DNA of 64,000 nucleotides from an uncultured bacterium (GTDB lineage Bacteria; UBA8481), in contig CAZCME010000007.1 in the NCBI GenBank assembly GCA_964499705.1, forward strand, positions 1 to 64,000. Direction: 5' to 3'. Shown piece by piece: positions 28,822 to 39,900 of this stretch. Both the position numbers and the translations under genes were made by a program. The notes under the pieces were generated by a model. The model had not been told where the DNA came from, made no database searches, and saw only the letters and a program-made list of their open reading frames with translations. The stretch's first letter is position 1; every line of letters starts with the position of its first letter.

Positions 28822-30244
28822 CCACCTCGCGCTGATGGATCTTGTAGATCACAACAGCAAGTCCGGTCAGTGCCCAGAAAGGTCCGGCGATACGAACGAC
28901 GGTGAACGTGTTGGACGTCGCTCCATGACAGATCAATCCGATGGCTCCCGCGATGAAGCCCAGAACCAGTCCCTTCATGTAGCCGATCGGCAGGGATCGG
29001 TAGAGCCGCAATGTCGTGTGGAAGAGATTCTTGAAGATCCAGAAGAGCGTAAGAAGCCCGAGGATGCCGACTTCACCGAGAACACGCACGAACTGGCTGT
29101 CCACGAATCCCACTCCCGTCACGCCCTGCCCCAGGAGAGGTCGGTACTGCCACTGGTTGATGACGCCCTCATATCGCTCCAGGCGCGCCGCCGACGACGG
29201 ATCCAGCTCCACGTGGTTTTGATCCTCGAAGGTCGGATTGGCGACATTTTCAATCCTGTTCTGAAACGTGTATTCCACTCTTTCCTTCGTCACATCGGGC
29301 AGCCATGGAGAAGCGGCGCCGAAGAGCATCATGAGCATGATGGGAACCATTTTCCGGCGGCTCAGGAGAAGCACCGAAATGAACATCGGGAAGAACGCCA
29401 GGTAGGAACCCCGGGAAAGCGTGTAAAGAAAGGGGGGAACGATGATGACCATGATCCCGAGGTAGTAGACTTTTCTCATGACACCGGTCGCGTAATTGAC
29501 CAGCCCGAACGCCAGCGCGAAGGAAAAGAGAAGGTATCCTCCCAGCGTTCCGGGTTCTTCCTCCGTTTCGAACGGCGTCGTCGCCCGCCCGACCGATTTC
29601 ATGATGACGGCTTCCCAGGTCGCCCAGAGCGCGACGACGAGGAGCGTGATGAAGTAGGCGGTCATGATCCTCTGCACTTGCGCCTCCGTCGTCACGGTGT
29701 TGACGATGAGAAAATAAAGCAGGAAGAACTCCATGAATTTCAAGACGTAGAAAAACGCCGTGGTCGGATGACCGACACTGCCCGTGAATGCGCCACGCGC
29801 CGTGGAGAGCATCGTCAGAAACGAAAACCACAGGATGGGCTTATTGAGCGGGGTGGCCACGAGGAGATCGAGTTTGCCGCGAACGGCTGTCTGCGCGAAC
29901 CAGGCTATACCCACCATGATGATCATCACGTCATCGATTCGGATCACGACTTTCCTTGAAGGCAGATCGATGAAAGGGATGACGATCTCGGGGGAGAGAA
30001 GCATTCCCGCCACCAGGCAGTAAATGCCGAATTCGACGTCCACGAGCGTGAAGAGAACCACGATGAGGGAGATGATGCCGATGGCAAGACCGGTGGAGCC
30101 GGTCTCGCTCGCCTTGGAGGCCAGGCCCATGACGAGTCCCAGCGAAGCGAAGACGATTCCCATCGCTCCCGCCATGGGCCGTGTGGACGCGGTTCCCTCC
30201 ACGCGATACGGCGAGATCGTCCCCGTGCCCGACATGACGGCCAT
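28805..30244 (-). CDS. O-antigen ligase/Wzy-family polysaccharide polymerase
   Basis: Polytopic; TLSRGSY, S...R......W..RPLLGQG, EVGILG. Confidence 0.85.
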   Translation of the reverse strand: MAVMSGTGTISPYRVEGTASTRPMAGAMGIVFASLGLVMGLASKASETGSTGLAIGIISLIVVLFTLVDVEFGIYCLVAGMLLSPEIVIPFIDLPSRKVVIRIDDVMIIMVGIAWFAQTAVRGKLDLLVATPLNKPILWFSFLTMLSTARGAFTGSVGHPTTAFFYVLKFMEFFLLYFLIVNTVTTEAQVQRIMTAYFITLLVVALWATWEAVIMKSVGRATTPFETEEEPGTLGGYLLFSFALAFGLVNYATGVMRKVYYLGIMVIIVPPFLYTLSRGSYLAFFPMFISVLLLSRRKMVPIMLMMLFGAASPWLPDVTKERVEYTFQNRIENVANPTFEDQNHVELDPSSAARLERYEGVINQWQYRPLLGQGVTGVGFVDSQFVRVLGEVGILGLLTLFWIFKNLFHTTLRLYRSLPIGYMKGLVLGFIAGAIGLICHGATSNTFTVVRIAGPFWALTGLAVVIYKIHQREVDEREA

Positions 30245-32505
30245 CAGCTGCTCTTCTTCTTCAGAATCCTCGCGCCCGATTCATCCTTGGAGGATTCACC
30301 GTAGTAATGATAGTGGTAGTAGTAGTACGAATATCCGAGGCGGCCTTCCGCGGGAATGTGATTCAGGACGACTCCGAGGATCTTGGCGCCGACGTTTTCG
30401 AGCTGAACCTTCGCCCGCAGGAGCGCTTCGCGAGCCGCGCGATTGACATAATACACCATCAGGACGCAGTCCACCTTGGAGGACAGGACGGCGGCATCCG
30501 TGACGGGCAGAACCGGCGGACAATCGAATATGACAACGTCGTAGGCATCGCGCACCTGCCTGATCATCTCCGTCATTTCAGGGGAAGCCAGAAGTTCCGA
30601 GGGATTGGGAGGAATCGGGCCGGAACAGAAGGCGTGAAGATTATCGATTCCGGTTTCCTGGACCACTTCCCGCCAGTCGCGCTGGCCGATGAGCACATCC
30701 GTGACGCCCGGCTTCTTCTTGATGCCGAACATCTTGTGGAGCGCGGGACGGCGGAGATTGCAGCCGATGGCGAGAACTTTCTGGCCGGATTGAGCCATGG
30801 TCACGGCGAGATTGCAGAGCGTGGTGGTCTTGCCTTCCTGCGGGCCCGATGATGTGACGGTCAGAGTCCGGGAGTTCCCGAGAAAACCCTTGAACTGAAC
30901 GTTGGTGCGGAGCGTGCGATAGGCTTCCGAGATCGGCGATTTCGGATCGAAGTAGGTGATGAGCTGGGGTCGATAGGCTCCCATTCCGGCCCCGGATTGC
31001 CTGACGGCATTATCCAGTTCGGACAACCGGTCGCGAATATCGCGCGTTCTGACCCGGTCCGGATCGAACGTCACGACAGCACGTTCCGACTGGAGCGCCT
31101 CCTCGTCCTCGACGGCGATCGAAGGAATGACACCCAGGACCGACATCCCCGTGGTTCGTTCCACGTCCTCGATGGTGCCGATCGACGTGTCCATGGATTC
31201 CACCACGAAGGCCAGCGCGAAGCCGAGCATCAGCCCGATCGTCATGCCGACGAGCGAGTTCGCGGTCTTGTTGGGATAGATGGGGACCGACGGCACGTTG
31301 GCGCGTTCCACGACCGAGATGGAATTATCCTTCTTCACCAGTTCGTCGTATCGCTTCTCCTCCAGCTTGTCCCTGAAGAAGGAATAAAGCTTTTCCTGCA
31401 TGGTGATGAGGCGCTGGATGCGGGCCTGTTCGAGTTGATCGCGCGGCACTTCGTCCATGGCGAATCGGAGCTGCGGCAAGGCTCGTTCCAGAGCGGCTTC
31501 GCGCGCCTTCAATGTTTCGAGCCGTCCCTGCAGCTGCGCCGTTCTACCGCTGAAAAGTTCCGCGATGGAAACCTCGAGCTGGGTCCGGAGCTTGCGGATG
31601 TTTTCCTCCGCGATCCTGACCTCGGGATGACGGGGCGTGAGATCGCGGAGCTTGACGGCGAGATTCACCTCGGCGTCGACCAGTTGCTTCTTCAGCGACA
31701 CCATGCCCGGATCCATGTTGATATAGTCTTTCGATTCCTGCGACGGCTCCTCTTCGCGCACTTCCTGCATGGCCGCATCCAGATCCCTCTGCACCTGCGC
31801 GCGCTCCGCTTTCACCTTTTCATATTCCGCGTCCAGCGTCGACGCGTGCTCGATCGTCACCCTCACTCCCGGTTCAAGCTCCACGTAATCCCGCTTCTGC
31901 TTGAACTGAAGGAGCATGTTTTCAGCGCGCAGAAGTTCGACTTCCGCCTTCTTCATCTGCTCCTCGATGAAAAGCCTCACCTGTTCCGCTTCGCTCGTGT
32001 TGCGATTCCTGTATTCCTTGGCGTATGCGGCCGCAATGCCATCGCAGGCTGCCGCGCAGAATTCGGGATCTTCTCCCACGAAGGAGATCGTGATGAAATT
32101 CGTCTGCCCGTCTCCCGCGGCGGATGCTCCGGCCTGGAGCCTGCCGACTGCCGCGCGAAGCGTCGCCTTGTATTCCGGATGACCCGGCGGAATCTCCTTC
32201 TTATCCTTGTCCCGGACGATGCGCATGTCCTTGGCGGCGCGCTCCATGACCGGCAGGGATGTCGCGAACTGGATGGCCGTCGCAAGCTCATTTCCCTTGT
32301 AGAGCAGAGCGTCCGCCAGGAGCGAAGCCAGCGTCGACTGATAGCTCAGTTCCACCCGGCAGGATGTGGCGTATCGGGGAACGAGTTTGCTGGTGTACAC
32401 GATGGAGGTCACGAAGATGGTGAAAGTGCAGATCAGGATGATCCACTTGCGCTTGACGACGACCCGCAGGTAATCCTGCAGAGACATTTCGTAGCCGATT
32501 GCCAT
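30244..32505 (-). CDS. wzc: Wzc-type polysaccharide co-polymerase/BY-kinase (paralog 2)
   Basis: Two TM helices around a periplasmic coiled coil; EAYRTLRTN, GPQEGKTT, FDCPP; Tyr-rich tail YSYYYYHYHYY. Confidence 0.9.
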   Translation of the reverse strand: MAIGYEMSLQDYLRVVVKRKWIILICTFTIFVTSIVYTSKLVPRYATSCRVELSYQSTLASLLADALLYKGNELATAIQFATSLPVMERAAKDMRIVRDKDKKEIPPGHPEYKATLRAAVGRLQAGASAAGDGQTNFITISFVGEDPEFCAAACDGIAAAYAKEYRNRNTSEAEQVRLFIEEQMKKAEVELLRAENMLLQFKQKRDYVELEPGVRVTIEHASTLDAEYEKVKAERAQVQRDLDAAMQEVREEEPSQESKDYINMDPGMVSLKKQLVDAEVNLAVKLRDLTPRHPEVRIAEENIRKLRTQLEVSIAELFSGRTAQLQGRLETLKAREAALERALPQLRFAMDEVPRDQLEQARIQRLITMQEKLYSFFRDKLEEKRYDELVKKDNSISVVERANVPSVPIYPNKTANSLVGMTIGLMLGFALAFVVESMDTSIGTIEDVERTTGMSVLGVIPSIAVEDEEALQSERAVVTFDPDRVRTRDIRDRLSELDNAVRQSGAGMGAYRPQLITYFDPKSPISEAYRTLRTNVQFKGFLGNSRTLTVTSSGPQEGKTTTLCNLAVTMAQSGQKVLAIGCNLRRPALHKMFGIKKKPGVTDVLIGQRDWREVVQETGIDNLHAFCSGPIPPNPSELLASPEMTEMIRQVRDAYDVVIFDCPPVLPVTDAAVLSSKVDCVLMVYYVNRAAREALLRAKVQLENVGAKILGVVLNHIPAEGRLGYSYYYYHYHYYGESSKDESGARILKKKSS

Positions 32506-32507
32506 TC

Positions 32508-34598
32508 CTAGATCCTCTTCAGCTCATCCGCGGCATACTTGTGATGATAATAGTATCCCGCGTAATCGTCCTGCGAAGCGCCCCAGACATCATTGAACAC
32601 CACGCCGATCACGTTACCGCCCACCTCTTCCAGCGTTTCCTTGCACCGCAGGAGCGCATCGCGGGGAGCAACGCTGACGAGATAGACGATCAATATGCCT
32701 TCCACGCGGGGAGCCATCGTCGCCGCGTCCGCGACAGGAAGCGTCGGTGGAGAATCCACGAGAACGACGTCGAACTGTTCCTTCAAGGCCGCGATCAGCG
32801 TGTCGAATTCCGGCCGCGACAGCAATTCCGCCGGTCTCCGGGCAAACGTGCCCGCGTCGACGATGAAGAGATTCGCATGCCCGGTCGACTGCAGCGCCTC
32901 TTCCATGCTGATGGTTCCTTCCAGGTAATCATGAAGGCCACGCGTGCGGTCGATCTGAAAATGTCGCCCGATCACGGGGTGACGCATGTTGCCGCCGACA
33001 ATCACGGTGGAAAGGCCGGCGTCGGCGCAGGCGAAAGCAAGGTTGATCGTGGTCGTGGTCTTGCCCTCCTGGGGAGTCGAGCTTGTGACCAGGAGAACTT
33101 TCCGGCCCGTGCTGAAAAAACGGCTCTGCAGGATCGCCCGCAGCGTTCGAAAGGCTTCGGCCGCCGGGGAGCGATGATCCACGAGAAGAGGGAGCTTCGC
33201 CAGGAGTTCCTTCTTGATGGGAGATTTGTATTTTTCAAGCCGCTCCGGCTCGATCGAAATCGAGGGCACCACTGCAAGGATCGGCTTCGCGATGAATCGC
33301 TCGACATCCCGCATCGCTGTCAGGCTCGTGTCCAGCGACTCCGCGAGAAATGCGAACGCCAGCGAAAGCATGCAGCCTATCGTCAATCCCATCATGATGA
33401 TCATTCTGCGATTGGGATAGATGGCGGCGGAAGGAGGCAGGGCGGGATCGATGATCTCCAGGCTGTCCATGGGAGCGCGCAGGGAAATATCCAGGTCCTC
33501 CAGCCTCTGGCGAAACATCTGGCTCACGCTCGTGACGATCCCCAGTTCCCTCTGCTTGCTGCTCTCCCTTTTCAGGCGCTCGGGCAGAGATTCAATCGCG
33601 GTCAGTATCATCTCCCGCTCGGTTTTCAACCGCACCAATTCGATCGAAATCTGTTCCATTTGTTCCGAGGCGGCAGCCATCTCGGTCGTCGCCGCCGGGA
33701 TCGCCTTCTCCAGGAGCGCCTGTTCCAGCGTGGAAATCTCCTGGTGGAGCTTTTCAACGACAGGATGCCTGTCGGTATACTGCTTGGCGGCGACGGAGAG
33801 CTCGGATCGCTTCTGGAAGAGTTCCGCGCGGTCACGCTGAATTTCGGCGGACACCAGGTTATCGAGGATGACGTCGAGATCGCGTGAATCGGTTCCCGAC
33901 TTCAAGTTCGCAACCCTCTCCTCCAACGCCGTCTGCTGAGCTCCGAACTCCAGGATACGGGCCTGAACACGGGTCAACGTTTCCGGCGTCACCTGGGTGG
34001 CGCCGTCCGGCCCCTGGCCGGATCGACGCAGTGCGATGAGTTCGTTATCGAGCCCTTCGAACTTCTGATCGTAAAGCGAAATCTGGACCTTCAGATATTG
34101 ACGGAGATCGTCGATGCTTCGGCTTCGTTCGAAGAGCTGATGATCCTTGATGGCGCGAGCATACGCGTTGCAGAATTCCGTAATCTGGAGCGGATCGGCG
34201 CCTCGGGCAGCCACCTCGATGATATTGGAATTATCCACATTGGAGACGCTGATCGAGCCCCGTATCTGATCCGCGAGCGCCCGCGCATCCGATTGGCCGT
34301 ACTTGTCGGGATACATTTTCCTCAGGATGTCGGCCGCCAGCTTCGCCACTTCCTTGTTCGTGGCAAGTTTTGCCAGCGTGACACGCTCGAACATCGACAC
34401 GACACCGCGCTGGATGCCCGCTCCCTCGCGAAGCATATTCTTCTGTATCTCCATGGACGCCTTCGTCATGAAGACCTCTCTCAGGGAACGCGCATAAAAG
34501 TAGGATACGACCAGAGCCAGAAGCGGAATGGCGATGAGGAGCCTGCGACGACGCTTGAAGACGCGGATATAATCTCCCAGCGTCATCTCCGTCGTCAT
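32508..34598 (-). CDS. wzc: Wzc-type polysaccharide co-polymerase/BY-kinase (paralog 1)
   Basis: EAFRTLR, TPQEGKTT, VDSPP; tail DDYAGYYYHHKY. Confidence 0.9.
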   Translation of the reverse strand: MTTEMTLGDYIRVFKRRRRLLIAIPLLALVVSYFYARSLREVFMTKASMEIQKNMLREGAGIQRGVVSMFERVTLAKLATNKEVAKLAADILRKMYPDKYGQSDARALADQIRGSISVSNVDNSNIIEVAARGADPLQITEFCNAYARAIKDHQLFERSRSIDDLRQYLKVQISLYDQKFEGLDNELIALRRSGQGPDGATQVTPETLTRVQARILEFGAQQTALEERVANLKSGTDSRDLDVILDNLVSAEIQRDRAELFQKRSELSVAAKQYTDRHPVVEKLHQEISTLEQALLEKAIPAATTEMAAASEQMEQISIELVRLKTEREMILTAIESLPERLKRESSKQRELGIVTSVSQMFRQRLEDLDISLRAPMDSLEIIDPALPPSAAIYPNRRMIIMMGLTIGCMLSLAFAFLAESLDTSLTAMRDVERFIAKPILAVVPSISIEPERLEKYKSPIKKELLAKLPLLVDHRSPAAEAFRTLRAILQSRFFSTGRKVLLVTSSTPQEGKTTTTINLAFACADAGLSTVIVGGNMRHPVIGRHFQIDRTRGLHDYLEGTISMEEALQSTGHANLFIVDAGTFARRPAELLSRPEFDTLIAALKEQFDVVLVDSPPTLPVADAATMAPRVEGILIVYLVSVAPRDALLRCKETLEEVGGNVIGVVFNDVWGASQDDYAGYYYHHKYAADELKRI

Positions 34599-34604
34599 TC
34601 GACG

Positions 34605-35951
34605 TTATTCTCCGCTATCTGAAAAAGACCGTGTCTGCGATGCGAACGTGACCGTGGAACTCAAGGGGCCAAGCACCTTGGTGATCACATCGATCGTATT
34701 CGAAAGAAACGATTCGGGGACGTAGATGACATCGCCTTCCTGCAGCGGAATATTTTCTTCGAGACGGCCCCTGTACAGCAGCGCATCCACATTGGCGGAG
34801 ATGACTTTCGGATTATTGGGCCAGCCGCGCACGACCTTGACATTCGACAAGACAGCACCGAATTTTTCGGGATTCGCTATGGAGATCGCCTGCAGCAGAT
34901 CCAGGGTGTTGGGCTGTCCTTCCAGGACACCCGGTTTCCCCACCATGCCGAGGACATAAACGCGCATCATCTTGCGTTTCGGCACGTAGAAAACATCGCC
35001 CGAGTACATGGTCAGGTCCTGAGACATATCCGCGCCGAAAAGCAACTTATTCAGATCGACCGGTTCCTGGATCTTGTCCGCTCTGACGACTTTCGAACCC
35101 TGCAGGGATGCCAGCGCCGTCGTTCCTCCGGATGAAAGCAACACTTCCTTGATCGTCACCGGCCGATCCGCCGGATAGGAATACACGCCCGGTTTGTTCA
35201 CCTCGCCGAGCACCATGATTTCCTTTGTCTGCGGCCCCGTGATCGCCACGCTCTGCTTCTCCGGCAGAAAGATATTGTCTCCCGCCCTGAGATCGATGTT
35301 CTGCCGGACTTCGTGCCGATACAGCAAGGCCTCCAGGTCGATCTTGATCACTTCTCCCGAGGCGCGCATCACCGTGATGTTCTTCAGATCCGTGTTGTTC
35401 AGATCCAGTCCGGCCGCCGTCAGTAGTTCCAGGATCTTCATCGGACCCCGAAGAGGATAGATGCCGGATTTGCCGATCTTGCCGAGAACAAGCACCTGGC
35501 GGGACTGAAACTCCTTGATGATGACGTTGACCTGGGGGCTCCGGATGAATTCTCTCAATCGCTCGGATATTTCCGCCGCCAGTTCCTGAGGGGTAAGCCC
35601 CGCGGCAACCAGTTCGCCGGCGAGAGGGAAGGTGATACGCCCGTCGAAGCGGACAGTGACCGTCCGGTTCAGGTCCGGGCTCTGCCACACCGTGATCTCC
35701 AGAACGTCATTCGCCCCGATCCGATAGACTTCCGCCCCGTCCGTGCCGGACATGGCGGCGGGCATTACCGCGGATGCGGCGGGAACATAGCTCGCGCCTG
35801 GCATCGAGATTTCTTCAGCGGAGATCGATGAGCTGGAGCTCGCCAGGACGAGGAGCGCCATTCCCATCATGAAAACCGCAAGACGAAAGCCCGTCAAACC
35901 GGGAGATCGTCTCGCGCCTGAGTCACTTACGCGTCGTTCGAATAACCGCAT
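34605..35951 (-). CDS. wza: polysaccharide export protein (Wza/Poly_export + SLBB repeats)
   Basis: YRIGANDVLEITVW..V..DG.I.FPL.G...AAGLT; three V.VLG.V.KPG SLBB units. Start codon uncertain. Confidence 0.88.
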   Translation of the reverse strand: MRLFERRVSDSGARRSPGLTGFRLAVFMMGMALLVLASSSSSISAEEISMPGASYVPAASAVMPAAMSGTDGAEVYRIGANDVLEITVWQSPDLNRTVTVRFDGRITFPLAGELVAAGLTPQELAAEISERLREFIRSPQVNVIIKEFQSRQVLVLGKIGKSGIYPLRGPMKILELLTAAGLDLNNTDLKNITVMRASGEVIKIDLEALLYRHEVRQNIDLRAGDNIFLPEKQSVAITGPQTKEIMVLGEVNKPGVYSYPADRPVTIKEVLLSSGGTTALASLQGSKVVRADKIQEPVDLNKLLFGADMSQDLTMYSGDVFYVPKRKMMRVYVLGMVGKPGVLEGQPNTLDLLQAISIANPEKFGAVLSNVKVVRGWPNNPKVISANVDALLYRGRLEENIPLQEGDVIYVPESFLSNTIDVITKVLGPLSSTVTFASQTRSFSDSGE

Positions 35952-36125
35952 CACCGGAATCTCCACCTTTCCATCCAAGATAACTTTGTATCGGCTGGTA
36001 ACATCCTTCACAGCATCGGCACACGGGAATGACAGGGTAAGTTCTTTTTTATGACGATTTGAATGATCGCATCTCCCAGGCGAGCCTGCCCCAGCCTGAC
36101 TTGCACGCAGAATGTTACTCCTGAA

Positions 36126-36851
36126 TCAACGCAATTCCAGCTTCTCAGGATCATCCGGCCTTCTGGGGGTCACCGAAATAGTATAGTCGCGAGGGGGAAG
36201 AATTGTCGAGGAATATAAACCGGGAAGTGGCTCCGCGGAGGGCGTTCTCGTGCCGGGCAGGGACACACCCGGAACGGGCACCAGGGCACTTGTACTGTCC
36301 GCGGAACGCGCTTCGGCTTTCTTCCTCCGGAGGGGTTCCACGGCTCCCAGACCGCCCGCGTCGGCCAGCACGGCGGAGGCTTCGCCGATGGTCCGCTCAA
36401 TACGCTTGTCGGGAAGAGATCTCACATCCAGCGGCTTGACCAGCTCATGAGCCGTATCCGGAGGCAGATCGAGCGAGGTAGCCGCACGCGTTACCGCCGG
36501 TGCTTTTGTCAACGCCGTGCTGAGCCCGATCACCCGCTCGCCAGCACCCGCATCCGGCGAACGTTCTCTCGCAAGGTCGATTCCGGGAACCGGTCGGTAC
36601 TCTTCCGGGCTGAACTCGACGATCTCCTCTTCTTCCTCAAGGACAGGTTCCTCCTCAACGTCCGTTTTTTCGACGTCCGCCAGGGCCGTGCGGTATCCCG
36701 CGAAGACCGTTCCCGCAAGGCCCGCCACCAGAAGAAAGGTGCCGGCACCGTAAAGAAATGCGGTATTTCGGAGCAGGGACTTCGCGCCGGAGCTGTCCTT
36801 CGCGGCGGGCTTGGCCTCCTGCGAAGGGACCGTCTTTTCCGGCTCAGCCAC
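36126..36851 (-). CDS. hypothetical single-pass membrane protein
   Basis: One TM helix followed by an acidic tract and low-complexity region. Confidence 0.55.
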   Translation of the reverse strand: MAEPEKTVPSQEAKPAAKDSSGAKSLLRNTAFLYGAGTFLLVAGLAGTVFAGYRTALADVEKTDVEEEPVLEEEEEIVEFSPEEYRPVPGIDLARERSPDAGAGERVIGLSTALTKAPAVTRAATSLDLPPDTAHELVKPLDVRSLPDKRIERTIGEASAVLADAGGLGAVEPLRRKKAEARSADSTSALVPVPGVSLPGTRTPSAEPLPGLYSSTILPPRDYTISVTPRRPDDPEKLELR

Positions 36852-36971
36852 GGGAGCACGCGGAAGGAGTCGGAACGATATTCATGAAAAAAGAGGGCAC
36901 AGGGAGTTCATCGGTTGCCGATGCGGTCTATTTTATCAGAAAGAGGCCCCCCACGAGCAATATGTTTCGGT

Positions 36972-39900
36972 TCACCCCGCTGCTTCGGGGATGACCTCGT
37001 CGTTCTCTTCCATCCGGACGCCCAGGAGTTTCGATATCCCCTTCTCCATCTGCGTCACGCCATACATCGTGTTCGCGATTTCCATCGTCCTCTTATTGTG
37101 CGTGATGATGATGAACTGGCTTCGCTGGGAGAATTCCTTCAGGAGCTGGGCGTATTTCCCGACGTTCGCTTCGTCCAGGGGAGCGTCCAGCTCGTCCAGG
37201 ACCGCAAACGGGCTCGGACGAACGAGGAAGACCGCGAAGAGGAGCGAAACCGCGGTCAGGGCTTTTTCGCCGCCGGACAGGAGCGAGATGGTCTGGGGCT
37301 TCTTGCCGGGAGGCATGGCGACGATGTCGATGCCCGATTCGAGCGGATTCTCCGGATCGAGGAGAATCAGCTCGGCGGACCCCTGCATCCCTTCCTTGGC
37401 GCCGAAGAGCCGGTTGAAGAGGAGTCCGAAGTTGTTGTTCACGGCGCGGAACGTTTCGTTGAAGAGCGAGATCGTCCGCTTGTCGATGTCGGAGACGACT
37501 TCCACGAGACCCGTCTCGGCGCGCGTCAGATCTTCACGCTGGGTGCGATACGTCTCCAGACGTGTCAGAAGTTCGTCGAGCTCTTCCTGGGCGGCGAAAT
37601 TGACGCCCGACATCCGCTCGATCATTTCGCGGAGTTCTTCGATCCGCGCCGCCACGCCGCTTCCGGCCGCGTCGCCGACTTCGGTAGTTGGTTCGATCGC
37701 GCCGGCTTCCAGGCTAGCCTGTTCCAAGCAAGCCTGTTCATCGGCGAGATCGACGTGGTATTTCTCCCGGATGCGCTCCACGACCATCGTCTCTTCGCCG
37801 GTGACACGCATGCTCGCCATGTCGATCTCGTGGGTTTCCTCGACGAGCCCGGACTTCTTCTTCTGCGCCGATCGCTCTTCCGCATCCAGGGCGGACAGCC
37901 GGGCGGCGACGTCGCGGACAGCTGTCTCCGCATTCGCGAAGGCGGACTTGCATCCATCGAGACGGATGGCGAGATCGGCGACACGCGCTTCGAGGTCGGC
38001 GGCGACTCCGGCCAGGCGCTCGCGCCGCTCGATAATCTCGCTCTTCATCTCGCCGTAACGGGCCAGTGACGCGGAGGATTCATCCAGCCACGTCGACAAC
38101 TGCCGGATCTCGGCTTCCTTCGCCGCCAGGCGCTCGCGGGATCGGTTCTCCTCGATCTCCAGCTCCGATGCGCGACCGCGCAGTCGATCCAGAGCGGCGT
38201 CTTCCGCGCGGACATTCTCGACCAGTTGTTCACGGCGGAAATCGAGATCGATCGATGCGGCCTTCAGTGAAGCGGTTTCATCCGACAATTGAATGCCGCG
38301 CGCCGCCACAACGGCCTGCTCCTCGCTGATGCGCTGCTTTTCGGCCTGGAGCTTCGACTCGACATCGTCGGCAAGGCGGTCCTGGATTCCGGAGACGATT
38401 GCATTCAGCTCTCCGCGGCGATTCTCAATACCGCGAAGCTTGCCGCGCATGCTCTCCAGTTCCACCGCGGCCGTCGTTCGTTCCAGGCGAAATCGTGCCG
38501 CATCCGAGGAGAGCGCCACGATTTCGTGTCGCAGCGATTCCATGGACGATTCCAGGGAATCACGGCCGATCGAGACTTCATCGGCTTCCTCCGCACGGAA
38601 TTTCCGGACGGCTCCGAAGGGAAAGACCACGTCGCCCGCCGCCGTCACCACTCGCTCCCATTCGGAAAGCCCCGCGGCAATGGAGGACGCCTCCTCGTAG
38701 CTGGAGGCGAAATACCATCCGGCCAGGTAGGAACGGATCGTGGCGGACGCGTCCGGCGGAAGGAGATCCCGAAGCGCCGTGAGACCTCCGCGGGGAATCC
38801 ATTTTTCGCAGGACGACGCCGTCGAGGCGAAGATGGTCCGTCCACGCAGCCGGTCCGCGATGCGATCCCTGTCCGTTTCGGAAACGATGCCGCAGGAATT
38901 CATGGCGTCGCCGTATTGGATGGATGTTTCCCCGGTGATCATGATGCCGTGCAGGGCATCGGCGAAGGCGGAGGCGAAGGCGGAGAGATGCGCCGCGTCG
39001 AAGGTGAGGGAATCGGAGACGGAGCGCATCGAGACGCCTTCGATGGAAGCGGCCGCGAGCATCTCGCCGATCGCGGAAGCGCGGGCGATCGCGGCGGCGT
39101 GGCGCGAGGCCGTCACGGCCAGTTCCCGTTCCTTCATGCTGATCGCATCCGCAGCGGACCCCAGCGCCGCGTCGGATCCTTCGATCCGCTCGCGGATCAT
39201 CGTTTCCTCGGCGACACAGCAATCCTTCTCGATGCCCAGTGACGCCAGTTCACTTTCGTGAAGAGCAATCTGCTCCCGCAGGCGCTCGCGCTCGGCGCGC
39301 TGTCGTCCGACCGATTCCTCGTGCGCGGCGAGGCGCTTTTCGAGCCGGGAGCGGGATTCCGCGAGATAAGAGGATTCCGATTCCAGGCGGGCCATCGTCT
39401 CCGAAAGCTGGGAGCGCTGCCCGGTGATCTCCTCCAGGTTCCGGCGCGCGGCCGACAACTTCGCGGATTGATCATCGGAGGCGACACGTGCCTCGGCTCT
39501 GGAGGACGCCAGGGATGCGGTCGCTTCCGCGAGCGCGGTCGAGGAATCACGCGCGGCTTCGCAGGCGACGCGTCCTTCCTCGATCTTGCGGGTCACATGA
39601 TCAATCTCCGCGCCGATCCGCACCAGGCTTCTCTCGTCATCGGCCTGCCGCTCTCTCAATTCCGCCAGCTGCGATTCGGCGGCGGACACGGCCTTCTCGG
39701 CTTCCGACAGGTCCGCGGCGCAGGATTTCTGGAGCGCGCGCGAAGCTTCCTCGGCGGTTTTCTCGGTCTCGATACATAAGGCCAGCTCGGCGGCTTCCGC
39801 TTCAAGCACCGCGATCCCGTCGGTCAGCGCGCGTTTCTGTTCCGCAAGGGCGACGAGAGACGCGCGCAGTTCACGGCGCCGCGCCGCGGAATGCGACAGC

